A DNA stretch of 59,375 nucleotides, counting the filler, from Squatina squatina (taxonomy: Eukaryota): assembly GCA_031763465.1 (NCBI GenBank). It is 4 parts of 4 records of this genome, joined end to end, with 100 filler letters (N's around TTAATTAATTAA, not from the genome) between each part and the next. Parts side by side here need not be neighbours in the genome. Positions count along the whole stretch, not along the records: positions 30,819 to 43,892 come from JARFOE010000234.1; positions 43,993 to 59,375 come from JARFOE010000203.1; 2 more parts are not named here. One strand, written 5' to 3'. Both the position numbers and the translations under genes were made by a program. A model generated the notes under the pieces. It saw nothing but the letters and a program-made list of their open reading frames with translations. It did not search any database and was not told the origin of the DNA. Positions 38,921-51,878 of the stretch are shown piece after piece (within the stretch, counting starts at the first letter, position 1; the number at the start of each line of letters is the position of its first letter).

Positions 38921-40319
38921 CAAAGACATGTCATAAATGAATCAGAAACAAAGAAGGCCAAGCTACTGTGTCCTCTAAATGTACAGGCAAAGTAAGACTT
39001 TTGGTGAGAACAAACATGACTTTCCTCCTGGGATAATCACAGATCCACAGCTGCATATTTATTCAGCCAACACTTCTAAATCAATTGGCTGGCCATCTGT
39101 TGCAGAAAATATTCCCTATCAAGGGAATCTCTATGGTATCTCCCACCTTATTTATTTTTTAACACAAATAGAGGTCCATTATAAAACAAGTGGAACCAAT
39201 GTTAATGCTGTATGACTTTTATTTGGCTGTAAATAGTTACATTGTCTGTCATGACTTTGTGAAGATCATCTGTCTTATCATTTGTGTTGGTGCAACTCAA
39301 ATTAGTGTCAGAAGATTTTTTGTTTCTGCTCTCGTTTCCCTCTGCTCTTTTTATAGTATTTTCATTTCCCATCAAATAGTTCAAGTGTATCATCAGCAGA
39401 CATGTTTTCTCAGGTTTCTCCCCTCTGCTCTGATTTCAGACTTAAGGTATTTTTTTCTTCTTTGTTGAAAGATTGTCCAATGAAAAGTGTGGGTTTAAAT
39501 GATTGCTACAGCTGTTATCACCCCTGCCTGATAGGTAAATAGACCATAAGGAATCAACTTCTGGCCAATATGGTGGGCTTCAGTTGTTTTTGACACCTCA
39601 CGTGCATATCAAATAACTTGGCTCTGATATGAGAATGCAAGTGTAGATTGCATCAGTATCCCAAAACCACAAGGTCACTTTTGATATGATTGATTTGTAA
39701 ATACAGGCTGGCTAGAAATGTATATGTGTCAGAACTAAGCTATAAACCAATGANNNNNNNNNNNNNNNNNNNNNNNNNNNNNNNNNNNNNNNNNNNNNNN
39801 NNNNNNNNNNNNNNNNNNNNNNNNNNNNNNNNNNNNNNNNNNNNNNNNNNNNNTTTTCTATGTTTCTATGTTTCTATTAACATTTCATGTGGAATATTAT
39901 TCAAAGCATTTTTAAAAATCTTTACACTATAGAGAAATCAGTCAATTGACTAAAATATATTATAATGTTTCCACTGGCAATAAGTTATGTGAGAAGTATC
40001 TTGCATGTTATAATTATTTGATTTCAAAGAACTTCCTTTTTTTTTTAGCTATTTATCCTCTATATCTATTTTGAATCTTTTCTTGAATCCCTTTTCTCCT
40101 TTACTTTTCACTCTAATCCATCTCCTCTGAAAGACCTCCCACTGTGGTACAGTTGTGCAGGTAGAGACAACTGTTTGATACCTTATCCAAATCAATGTTC
40201 TTTGAGAGTGAGTCTGGACAGTGAGTTAACAGTTGCAATCTTATCCTCACCTGACATCACACTCACTTCTAATAATGTTCACTGGACAGTATTGAGGCAG
40301 GTATATTTTCCTTAATTCT

Positions 40320-41400
40320 CTGAAATGCTCGCAGCCGATGACCTCTGGGTGCCGGAGCCCGTGAGGGCCCTGTTACTGAAGAAGTAGCTGGGGTTCAGAC
40401 ACTATGTTGGATATTGGCTGAGGGGGTGGTAATAGATGAGACATGCAGATGTCCTGAGAAAGGTTTACACGTACTTCGCCCGTTCCACCAACCTCCCTCC
40501 CTTGGGGTAGTGGCATATCAGTCCTGCAGGTTTGTGGGAGACCAGACTGGAGGATTTGAGTTATGCCTGGGAAGCCACAGTGTACTCTGTCCTCCAACTT
40601 GTCTAAGGTCAAACAGATGTTAGAACTCAAAGTTTGCATAGCAGCCGTATGAGCTTGTAGGCAGGCAACAATGGCTGTAGCAGTGACTCTCTTGTGACTG
40701 CAGTTTCCATGGAGGTGGCCACATGCTTCATGGAGTGTTGCACAGTCGAGAAATCACGCACATCCCACAGCACTTGACCATACTGATCGATGTGTTGAAG
40801 TCGGCTGAAGATGAATTTGGTTTGTGGGAGATGTGGGGTTGAAAGGTTAAAGCCGTCACCCTTGTGGTCCACCAACTTTGCCATTACCAATGATTATGGT
40901 GCTGGAGGTGCTGCTTATCTGCAGTGCCTCCTCCTCCATCGGTGTCACTTCCACCATGTCTGGTGGTCCTCTGCTGGTCTTGGCCCTATCCCTGGCATTT
41001 TGCACTCTATTCTCTTGCAAAGGGGGAAGGACAGTCCTATCAGTGGCTAGCAAGGATGTGTGCTTCCTCTGGATGTAGTAAATACAGTGAAAGTGAGAAT
41101 CAGGCAGATGTAAAAGGAATGAGGATGTCAGTGTTTGCGGAGATTGGCTGCAGTATATTTTGAGGAGATTTGCGAGAGGAGGTGCAGATTGATCAGTTCA
41201 AGGAAGATGAGATGAGATGAGAATGGGCATACTGGCAGCAGTGAAAGGAGGAAGCGGCAGGTGAGGATGTGCAAGGAATGAGGCTGAGAGGTGGTACGTT
41301 GCACCATTGTGATTGGTGGTGAGGAAAGCGATTTTCCAGATGCATTATAGAGCACACCATAGGCATGCTGAAGCAGCACTTCTGGTGCTTTGACAGGTCA
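40320..41400 (-). mobile_element. Degenerate Harbinger Myb/SANT-like accessory gene remnant
   Basis: Translates to QENRVQNARDRAKTSRGPPDMVEVTPMEEEALQI, resembling the '...R.kTGGGPP....lT..Ee..l.i' motif that follows the Myb/SANT domain in Harbinger accessory proteins. Boundaries are approximate. Confidence 0.55.
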
Positions 41401-42399
41401 GAGGACAGCCTTCATTATAACCCATTATAATCATTGTGGTCAGCTACATTCTTTGTAGCATTGCAAATCAAAGAAGATCCACTTGGAGCAAGAGCCTCTG
41501 AAGAGTAACTAGAGATCATCACGGAGGAGCCAGAGGAGACAGCAGCACAATCATCTTTGGCAAATGTAAGAGCCATGCGCCATGTAAGAGGGTACTTTCT
41601 GCTAAGGATCCTTCCTATTACCAGTCCTCCTATTACCTTCCTTGTCCCTTGCAATAAATCACAATCCCTCACATTTGTATGCCTACCCTATTTTTCTGCC
41701 AGTCAGTCCACACCTCTTTGGTGCACAATTGGAATGGCAGCAGAGTGGAAGACAGCCCAAGGAAGTTAACCCTCTGAGGAGATTCATCTCCTGAGGAAAT
41801 TCATCTCCTGAGGAGTCGGCTTGAATAATTTCATTGGGGGTATTGTAACTTTTCAAAAGATCAGATGGTAACACTATCCCATTGAGTCAGCAGGTGACAT
41901 CACCAGATTTATTACAAGTAGATCAAGAGACTAGCATTCTGACTGGCCAGCATCCAGTAAAGGTCACTGTAGAATATCATTGAATACTCTGCACCAGAGA
42001 CAGGGAAGGGCGCTGTTTGTTTATGGTCACTTGGGTTGTCCTGGTAAATACTTGAGGGAGACATGCTATCAGTAACTTCCTTTGCTGCTGTACCTANNNN
42101 NNNNNNNNNNNNNNNNNNNNNNNNNNNNNNNNNNNNNNNNNNNNNNNNNNNNNNNNNNNNNNNNNNNNNNNNNNNNNNNNNNNNNNNNNNNNNNNNGTAA
42201 AGGCGTTGTCCTCTTCTCCGCTCTCCCCCACCCCCCACCAATCTGTAAAAGCCATTGAATCTCACATTGATACTGCATGGAATAGGCAGCAGAATTCTCA
42301 TTCTAGCGCAGCTTTCTGTGCCCAGTAGAGAAATGCACAAAAAAAATGGGGAGTTTTTAAACGATGGGCGAAATGTTGAATAAAATTTTAATAAAGGAA

Positions 42400-42640
42400 G
42401 AGATGCGGTTTGCAATCCCCGCTTCTCATTCATTGAGACGGTACCGGCTGGTGGGCGTGGCGCGCTCTCCGCACTGCGGTCTCTCCGGAAGCTGCGAAGG
42501 AACATTCAGACAAAGGGAGGGACACTGGGCCCGGCTCAAGCTGCAGGCGCCTGCTGGGAATTGTAGTCCTGCAACTTTGCTCAGTCCACAGATGTTCTTC
42601 AAGCTCCGACACCTTGTAAACGAATGCCCGCAGCTTAAGA
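42400..42640. promoter_or_regulatory. CpG-rich promoter-like region with ZNF143/THAP11 motif
   Basis: TGCTGGGAATTGTAGTC at 42552-42568 reads GACTACAATTCCCAGCA on the minus strand. A GC box (GGGCGTGG, about 42454) and an ETS site (CCGGAAG, about 42485) lie nearby. Confidence 0.7.
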
Positions 42641-43936
42641 ATTGAAAGCGTTTCATTTAACGTCCATGACATTGATTTGCAGCAGACATAAAGGTCAAGG
42701 GTGTGTAAAGAAGTGGGGGATGGTGTTGTCGGGGTTCCAGAATTTCCCCCTTCTGTTTAAGAGAGATGGAGGTGCTGTTTTAGAGATTGACACAGGACAC
42801 ATTCCACATAGATTGTTCTGGAAAATTGAACTGTTGCCAAACATAATACGGTCGTCACAAGTGATACAAACATTGATATTTCAAACCAAGATCCTACCTC
42901 TGCAATTGGGATTAATTAGTGTGACACGGGTAATAATAGTGTAATTTGCAGATATTGCGAGTGTAAAAAGATTGACATTTTATATTGAAAAATTACAGCA
43001 ATACCAGTTTTTTTTTTAAAAAGCCTGTATTGCAATAAGGATTATGGTTCAATGTAGATGAAAAGCTATATAATTTAGTTTACGGATTACTGCAGCTTTG
43101 TTTTAACCATAAGCACTGAGAGTGTAAATTGATGGGTGAATAGACAGTGAATTATACTTCCAAGAACACATCCATCACCCCTCCCACAGTTGAATTGAAC
43201 GTAGGAGCCATAATTACATTTTTAATAAATCTATTAATATTGCTGTGTTTACATTTTCCCCAGCCCCACCTGTCCTTGGCCTGCTTCCCTATTTAAATTT
43301 CCTTAGGCTTCTCCATGTCTCCTTGTTCATTCAGATGGGTGGGGCAACTAGAGCAGCAGATTTCTCCATAGTCACTGGTTGCTACTCCGTGCTCAGTCAA
43401 CAGGGGACATGTCTGCTCAAAGGTTGGATTAGTTTTAATTTCTCCTTTTCCCTCTGTCACCAATTGAGAGTGGAAGGCACCAGCTAGTGCCTTAACAAAG
43501 ACTATTTGAGTCTGTCAAGAATATGGTGTCAACAACAGTATTCTGGAAACCAGAGAACAGTAATAACTATAAATGTATGCTTGCGTTTGTGAATAAAATG
43601 AGACATGATGCCCATCAATCTTCAGACAGAGCAATTTGAAGCTGGTTAAGATGCTGCTATACAAAGAGCAGTTCACAAAAGAAAAATGTAATCAGTAGGG
43701 CTGATTGTTTTTTTTTAAACTTATTTTATGATTTTTTAAAATAAACATATTTGTATGATTTTTATTACAATTTTAAATAAGCTTTTGTTTAATAATTATT
43801 GTGCTTTCCCTTTGTAACAGGAAATGTGTTATGATATCCTTACATTGTAAATATTTACTTATATTTCCTTAATATTTTCATAAATGCAGGATNNNNNNNN
43901 NNNNNNNNNNNNNNNNNNNNNNNNNNNNNNNNNNNN

Positions 43937-43948
43937 TTAATTAATTAA
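43937..43948. other. Artificial assembly linker TTAATTAATTAA
   Basis: Same 12-mer inside an N run. Confidence 0.95.
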
Positions 43949-43992
43949 NNNNNNNNNNNNNNNNNNNNNNNNNNNNNNNNNNNNNNNNNNNN

Positions 43993-44495
43993 TATAAAAA
44001 GAGTATAGAGGTACTGGAGAGGGTGCATAGAAGATTTACAAGGATGATACCAGAAATGCGAGGGTATACATATCAGGAAAGGATGAACAGGCTGGATCTC
44101 TTCTCTTGAAAAAAGGCTGAGGGATGACCTAATAGAGGTCCTTAAAATTCTGAAAGATTTTGATAGAGTAGATACAGAGAGAATGTTTCCACTTGTGGGG
44201 AAGAGCATAACTAGAGGCATCAATATAAGATAGTTGCCAAGAAATCCAATAGGGAATTCAGAAGAAACTTCTTTACCCAAAGAGTGGTGAGAATGTGGGA
44301 GTGGTTGAGGCGAATAGTATAGATGCATTTAAGGGGAGGCTAGACAAGCATATGAGGGAGAAGGGACTAGAGGGTTATGCTAATAGAGTTAGATGAGGAA
44401 AGACTGGCGGAGGCTTGAGTGGACCATAAATGCCGGCATGGACTGGTTGGGCCGAATGACCTGTTTCTGTGCCGTATATCCTATGTAACCCTATC
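43993..44495 (+). mobile_element. CR1 LINE 3' portion
   Basis: Shows LERVHRRFTRMIP and RLRDDLIEVLKILKDFDRVDTERMFP-like coding, followed by the CR1 tail. Confidence 0.85.
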
Positions 44496-44552
44496 CAATC
44501 ATGGGGGACTAATTATTAACCTGATTGTCTTGAATCTGCTTGTGCCTGTTAG

Positions 44553-44761
44553 GAATGAACAATCGTGAAGTACTGGAGCAGGTGGAAAGAGGGTACCGGA
44601 TGCCATGTCCAAATGCCTGCCCAGGTTCTCTGCATGAGCTTATGATCCAGTGCTGGAAGAAAGATCCGGAAGAAAGACCCACCTTTGAATACTTGCAGTC
44701 CTTCCTCGAGGACTACTTCACAGCGACAGAACCCCAGTACCAGCCGGGGGAAAACCTGTAG
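44553..44761 (+). CDS. Src-family tyrosine kinase (FYN/YRK/FGR subgroup), last coding exon
   Basis: Translates to [20 protein letters not shown]...[35 protein letters not shown], including the inhibitory tail Tyr. It has a TTAG acceptor. Confidence 0.92.
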
Positions 44762-46872
44762 ATCCCCCCACCGGCAGTTGGAACATTCCTCAGCCAATGA
44801 CAAACTGTATTTCTGACCATGTGATCAACCTCTTCTCAGACCGCTGAACCTGGAGTCTTAGCTTTCATGTGACTGCAGCCTAAAACTTGAAGGAACTCAT
44901 CAAGTATGAGACCCAACTAGCACACTTCCAATTAACAGGCGCTCCCCCCCACCCCACCCCAACCCCCACCCCCACGCCCCCAAATAGTTTTGGGCTAATG
45001 ACAGCCTCGTTCTTTGCCGCACTTAATATTTCTCATTTTTAAACGCAGAACACTGCAAAATGGTTCCACATTTGGGGGATGGGGAGGAGGATATGGCTGA
45101 AATGTACTGATGGTATTCAGCGGCGTTGGGGTCCAGACACTGAACTACAGAACTACTTGATGGGCTCTGNNNNNNNNNNNNNNNNNNNNNNNNNNNNNNN
45201 NNNNNNNNNNNNNNNNNNNNNNNNNNNNNNNNNNNNNNNNNNNNNNNNNNNNNNNNNNNNNNNNNNNNNTACTGATATTAATGACCTCATGTTCTGCTTT
45301 CAGGTGACTGTTACCTTTGATTTTGCATTCCTCACAACATGCCTTACGAAAATTAGACTTGTGATGAAGTAATGTTCTCATTGTGTTCTGCAGATATACC
45401 CTTTTAAGTAATCTGGTGACCTGTATAAATCAAGTGCTAATCTCGAGGTTGCAGAAGTAATAAGTTGAATTGTAATTTCGAAAGTTAAACTTTCTATTGT
45501 AACCTTCAAGAGGCATGGTCATCAGATGGTGTTGCTTTTTGGACTGGCATTCGATTGCCTTGCTGATAGCATTTATTCATGTTGGAGTATTTAACAAGGG
45601 GAGCATGTGAAGCTTGCCATCTTTCCTCTCCTGGTTCTTAGATCAAACCAGCCAGTATTTGTTTCATTAAATCTTTTGGGTAAAGTTCCTTGAAACAACT
45701 TCCATCAGTTGAGTGAGCAATATGACAAACAAAAGTATTTTATTCTGTTATTTGTACAATTTTGTAGGCCTACAAACAAGGAAATGCATTTAAAATGCTT
45801 ACTTTTTTACAGTGCCATAGAGCCAGCAAAGATGGTTGAGTTTAGTCACTGAATAACATGTACCTTGGCTGTAAATACAGTCTATCTCGTACCAGTATTT
45901 TATGAGTTCAAATAATGGTTATGAAGAAGGAACAAGACTGAGTCATTTACAAGGCAAGATAGAGAATAATGTGGTGCTACTAAGTTTGAGTCAGTGGATA
46001 CAATAAAAGCACTCATTGTCTGTAGACAGGGTAGCAGCTTTAAATATGAGCATCTGAAAAGATAAAGGTTCACTGGGCTGGGCTGAAATATTGGGGATGA
46101 GTGGTGTGGAGGAACTGTGTCAGGATGGGAGTTAATAAGAAAATGCGTTGCTATTCTGTCACATCANNNNNNNNNNNNNNNNNNNNNNNNNNNNNNNNNN
46201 NNNNNNNNNNNNNNNNNNNNNNNNNNNNNNNNNNNNNNNNNNNNNNNNNNNNNNNNNNNNNNNNNNATTCTCAGCGATAGCTTCTCAAGCAGATGGCACC
46301 AGGGGTTATCTGTTATTATAAATCCAACTGCCAGGGATGGGTTTTATCACTTCTTCACTAGGCTGCGAGGTGATAACTTTGTAGCACCAGTTCCATTAAA
46401 ATGAAGGCGATCAACTGTGCTGTGACACGTGAACCTCCTGCCCACCGACTGCACAGAACGCCTGTGATGGTAATTGAGAAAGCTGCCGGCCTGGCCGCTC
46501 ACCCTGAGCAGGTCGCATGTCACTTTGGGATTTTTGTCAGGAAAGGTAGTGGGAAAAGAATAGCAAAAAAAAACAACAGCATGTCACCAATAGCCCCCAG
46601 CAAAAACAGCCAACATTTCCTAAATAAGCTAAAACATTTTAAAATCCCATGTAGCTTTAGACAGCAGTGATTAATTTCTGGCTACAGATACTGGTTTTGA
46701 AAAGATATCTGTAAACCCGGTGCTTACAGACCCAAACACTTGGCTAACAGTTAATGTTATCAGGGAATAATATTACTTCCCCTATAATATTAAAGCTATT
46801 CCATATTGAGATTATATAGTACCCAGTCTGTTCAACAGACAACCCGGCCACTGTAGTTTTAAAAAGATGAGA

Positions 46873-47547
46873 GACTTGCATTTATATAGTGCTTAGGATG
46901 ACCAGATGTTCCGATTTTGCCGGGACAGTCCCGTTTTTCTTCAGGAAGTGTCCCGGTGTCCCGACGCTTACCTCGAAAGTGCTCGAATGTCCCAGTTTTT
47001 CAAGCCCGCTCGACTGCGCGGTTCCGCCAGAGAACGGACTGCGCAAATTCCAGCAAAAAACTGACTGCGCGCGCGCAAGCCTGATTGTTCCGGTTTGGGA
47101 CTCTGCCGATCTCGTCACCCTATATATAGCACCTGTCCACCGCCGCACGATGTCCCAAAGCGCTGTTTAGTCAATGAGGTACTTTTTGGAGTGTAGTCAC
47201 TGTTGAAATGTAGGAAAGGTGGCAGCCAATTTGCACACAGCAAGCTCCCACAAAAAGCAATGTGATAATGTACAGATTGTCCGTTATTTCTTAGTATGTG
47301 GGATAAATATTGATCAGGACTTTGGAGATAACTCCCCTGCTCTTTCTCAAAATAGTGCTTTCACATCCACTTGAGAGGGCAGATGAAGCTTCAGTTTAAC
47401 ACCTTGTCTCTGACAGTGCAGCACTCCCTCAGCACTGTACTGGAGTGTCAGCCTAGATTTTCTTTGCACACAAGTTGCTGGAGTGGGACCTGAACCCATA
47501 ACCTTTGAACTCAGAGGCAAGAGTGCTGCCCACTGAGCCATAGCCAA
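46873..47547 (-). mobile_element. SacSINE1-like SINE with nested hAT MITE
   Basis: A reverse-complement SINE whose tail is interrupted at 46894-47122. Confidence 0.8.
46894..47122. mobile_element. hAT (Blackjack-like) MITE, same family as 19039-19277
   Basis: Termini are TAGGATGACCAGAT...ATCTCGTCACCCTA. It shares internal GTCCC motifs with the other copy and has an imperfect flanking duplication (TATATAG). Confidence 0.8.
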
Positions 47548-48194
47548 CATTTACATAGGCAGATGTTCGACTACTGAAGGTTGGGGTAAATTTTCCTCTG
47601 TTGCGCTTGATTGTAAATAATCGTCTCGGTGAAGCACGTAGAGGAAAATCAAGCGTGGAGGATAATTGAACTGATTTTGCTCTGTGCACTTGGTCCGAGT
47701 GACTATTTGCACCCCAGCTCTACGAAGGAAAATCTGGCTGTTGTCTAACTCCTTCTGTTTGTGAGCTCAGGAGTCTGACTGGGACCTAATTCCTGGAGTT
47801 TCACTGCCACTGTCACTGTTATTCAAAACTGCTTCANNNNNNNNNNNNNNNNNNNNNNNNNNNNNNNNNNNNNNNNNNNNNNNNNNNNNNNNNNNNNNNN
47901 NNNNNNNNNNNNNNNNNNNNNNNNNNNNNNNNNNNNAGACCCATTGCATTAGATCTCCATTGGCACAACGCTGACCCAGGATTCATGGGGCTTTCCTGAG
48001 TGAGTGTAACTGAGCCTGCACTTGCGATAGGTCCATATTGGAATGAGGCAGGCTCATTTACTACTACATCTAGGAATGGGGCAGCTAAACTAAGCATGCT
48101 CCAGAAAATATGGTGCTGGATCTAGTGTCTGGACCATCCTCAGATGAATACTTGAGAGATGCTCAACCCAACCTAAAGAGAAAACTGGCAACAG

Positions 48195-48395
48195 CATCCT
48201 GACCAATATTTATCCCTCAATCAACAACTCTAAAACTGATTATCTGGTCAATACGACATTGCTGTTTGAGGGAGCTTGCTGTACTCGAATTGGCTGCCGT
48301 GTTTCCTACATTGCAACAGTAACTACTCTGAAAAAGTACTCAATTGGCTGAAAAGCGTTTTAGGACGTCTGGTAGTTGTGAAACTGAAAGGTGTA
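48195..48395 (+). mobile_element. SacSINE1-like SINE 3' half
   Basis: Runs from cctgaccaatatttatccctcaa to the tail gttgtgaaa. Confidence 0.7.
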
Positions 48396-51300
48396 GAGGA
48401 AGAGAGAGACCTTGGAATGCATGTCCACTGATCCCTGACGGTAACAAGACAGGTAGANNNNNNNNNNNNNNNNNNNNNNNNNNNNNNNNNNNNNNNNNNN
48501 NNNNNNNNNNNNNNNNNNNNNNNNNNNNNNNNNNNNNNNNNNNNNNNNNNNNNNNNNAGGTAGAAATGTTTTTACTTAAACTGATTGTGGAGCCACAAGG
48601 AGCAGGAGTGCTTCTCCTGGCTGCACATTAAAACTAATTGTGTCCTAATGATGCAAGAGGATCAATTTTGCATAGTAATCTTGCCAATGAGTTTCGGCGA
48701 TACAATTAATGGTTTTCCCCCGAAGTTGGCCACAAACCAATTTCCAGGCAGTCATGTTCCTGGTGCACTGAAGGTACCTCAATACTGGAAACAAAACGGT
48801 ATATTCTGTGCATTTAAAAGTAATAAGTTGTCACGAATTATACTGGAATAAGGAATCGATACTGAGAGAGAAGTCGGTGTATGATTCTCTGAAGGCCACA
48901 TTTGCCCTGACAACAAGTTCTAACTCTTGCACTGTGCCTCAATTTTACAACAGATTTTAATGGTGTCATTAACAGTCCTGCACTGGTGGGTAGTGAATAG
49001 AAAATGTAACAGTCTAGCCATAATTATTTTCATATTGTTAGACTATGGTTTTACACAAATTGTATGTATTGTTGAACTGGAAATTTACTTTAAATGCTGG
49101 CACAACACTTTGGAACATCCCTGGATGTCATTTGTAACAACACTTCATGTTACTGAAATAATTATGTTGTCTTTGCACCTGGAAATCTGACAGAACGTCT
49201 GTATACAATAATAGAAGTGCGTGCTAAGGAGAATATCTATGGCACTCTGACCCCAATTTATCTTACTATACTCCAGTATGCAGGGCTTTGAAACCAGAAA
49301 AAGCATTCATTAGTCACACAGAGATGTGTTGTTAAAACTAGGTGAATTTCATTAGGTGTTTAGCATGGCTTACTCCAGGATGAGTCTGTTTTTATCCCAT
49401 TAAGTCTTTATTTCAGCAAAGCAATTCTGGTTCAAAAGAAACGCGGAGGTATACTGCTTGGTAAAGCTTATTGCTTTGTTACGATCACTCTATGTTGTCG
49501 TCCTGGAAAGACACCTGAAGTGCAAGTATGTCTGTGCTACTGAGCGTGGAGATGAGGAAATTAGTTCCGCAATGTTGCCCTAATAGTTACAGAAATAACT
49601 AATAATGGCTTGGGGTTTGCTGCTGGCATTAATATTTGTATCACCCGGGCTGCTGAAATTTCATAGTCCATTGATTTTTTGATTGTGTTTTCACTGTAGT
49701 TAGCACTTGCTTCCTCAGTCGCACAACTACACTTTTAGCCTATGGTGAATCCTGCAGTGTCTACCTAGATTTATAGTCCAGATCAAAGAGCGAACACAGA
49801 CAGACTGCTGAGAAGGTGCATGTCTTCTGGCCAACTGTTCAAAAGAGAGGTTATTGGAAACCACTGAGATTTTTCCCACGTGAATGGACAACACTAGGTT
49901 TGAAACACGCCTCAAGTATTTTTGTGGGGTTATCCCAGATTTTAAGTTCTTCTCTTCCAACACAGAAGACTCTTCTTCACCTTCGAGAGTAAAGTGACTG
50001 TTTGCTCTCTGGAGAAAATCTAAATCCACATTAAGTACAGGAAGCACACAGTTCCCAATGTGCATAATTTCTACCCACGATATACAGAAAGCAAGAGTTT
50101 GATTTGGTTTTCTGCCCTTTATACTTTTGTTCAGTTGTGTTCTGCTTAATGTATCTTAAAGTTTGATTTTTTTTCATATAAACGTCAATGGTTGAACCCT
50201 GAAACATTGTGCTGGAAAAGTTATTTTGTTTGTCACCTATTGACAGCATACCATCGACCAATAGTGAGAGTTTAGAGTCTGCACAGGTATTGGTCATTGT
50301 GCACAGTGGTAGTTTAAAGAGAACAGTGTGTCTTTGTCAATATAGATGAGGTAACAGGAAGCAAAGATTTTACAAGATAAAAACTGAATCAGCAGCTGGA
50401 CATGTTTCTGAAAAACAACAGCTTTTTACAAGGTTATAGTTGTTTAAGATTATAAAGCTCAAATTCAGTGGAAGCTTTAACACCGACTGCAGAGATTGAA
50501 GTAAAATTAGTTCATCATTCACAAAGACTTTTTGGATCTTTCAATCCATTTTGCATCTAACTTTCTNNNNNNNNNNNNNNNNNNNNNNNNNNNNNNNNNN
50601 NNNNNNNNNNNNNNNNNNNNNNNNNNNNNNNNNNNNNNNNNNNNNNNNNNNNNNNNNNNNNNNNNNATTGGCTGTAAAGCGCTTTGAGATGTCTGGTGGT
50701 TGAGAGAGGTGCTATGTAAATGCAAGTCTTTCTTTGACTCAGAGTCTTGCCTTCAATATGATGCTTCTAAGAGGCCTGCTCTGCAGCAGTAGTGTCTCGA
50801 GAAATTAATTGCGCACTACACCACGTTGTCAGTACCGTAACCTGCAGCACATGTGCATGTCCACACGGACTACAGGGATAAAGTTGTGATATCTTGGGGC
50901 CTGTGGCTGACTTGTCAGTTGCCTGCATTTGCATGTGTAAAATTATACATACAGCATTGTCATTCTGTAGCCTACATTTGGATAATATTTAAATGATTAC
51001 AGCTTGGAAGCAGCATGAGTAATGATTACCTGTGGGCTTTTTCTCTTCCTTTAATTCCTGCATTCTTCGAAGGAGCCGGGTGAAGATTGGAGTTTTGCTG
51101 AGTTTGGTTCGGTGTGGCTGGTGGACTTTCCTTCACTCTCGATGTCATTGGCCCTACAACTGTGGCCCGCGGGTATGAATGAGTTAAATTGAGTGGTGTT
51201 GGAGTGCCGTTGAGAGCTGGAAGTCATTGAACTAACATTCAAACCCGCTTTCATTAAAAGCTAAGCTGAGCTCTGATTGGCCAGCGGACAGGAGAGGCTG

Positions 51301-51611
51301 GAGAGGAATCTGCTCCGGAGAAAATGTGATGATATTTGCAGTGACGCTGGAATATCGATCAGTGTGGAGAAATCTGGACCGGCCAGTTACCGAGCGTGAT
51401 GTCTGATTAAACTCTGCAACACAGTTCACCACCAGGGCCTTCTTTTCTGTGTTATTTTGCAGCCTGACTATCCTTTGGGTATTTTAATGTCTGCTGCAGG
51501 ATTTGGAACGCTCGCCCGTTGGGAGCAATGCTTGACCGGCGTGGCAGCACCCCTGCTGGCTCAGTGTGTCACTGCAGCGTCCAGTCTGGAACTGTTTGGA
51601 CAGAGTAGGAT

Positions 51612-51878
51612 GCTCCCAGTCTCGCTCCCAGCCTCGCTCCCAGTCTCGCTCCCAGCCTCGCTGGCCCAGTGTCACAGCAACACAGCACAGTCACTGCAAC
51701 CAGCAACACAGCAAAATTAATGCAACGAGCAAAACAGCACAGCCACTGCAAACAGCAAGGCAGCATAGTCACTGCAGCCAGCAAAGCAGCTCAGTCTCTG
51801 CAACGAGCAACACAACACAGTCACAGCAACCAGTAACACAGCACAGTCACTTCAACCAGCAAGGCATCACAGTCAGTG
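51612..51878. repeat. 12-bp tandem repeat (CTCCCAGYCTCG, 4 copies) followed by a degenerate repeat of about 34 bp (CAGCAACACAGCACAGTCACTGCAAC-like)
   Basis: Direct repeats are visible and run into a gap. Confidence 0.8.
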
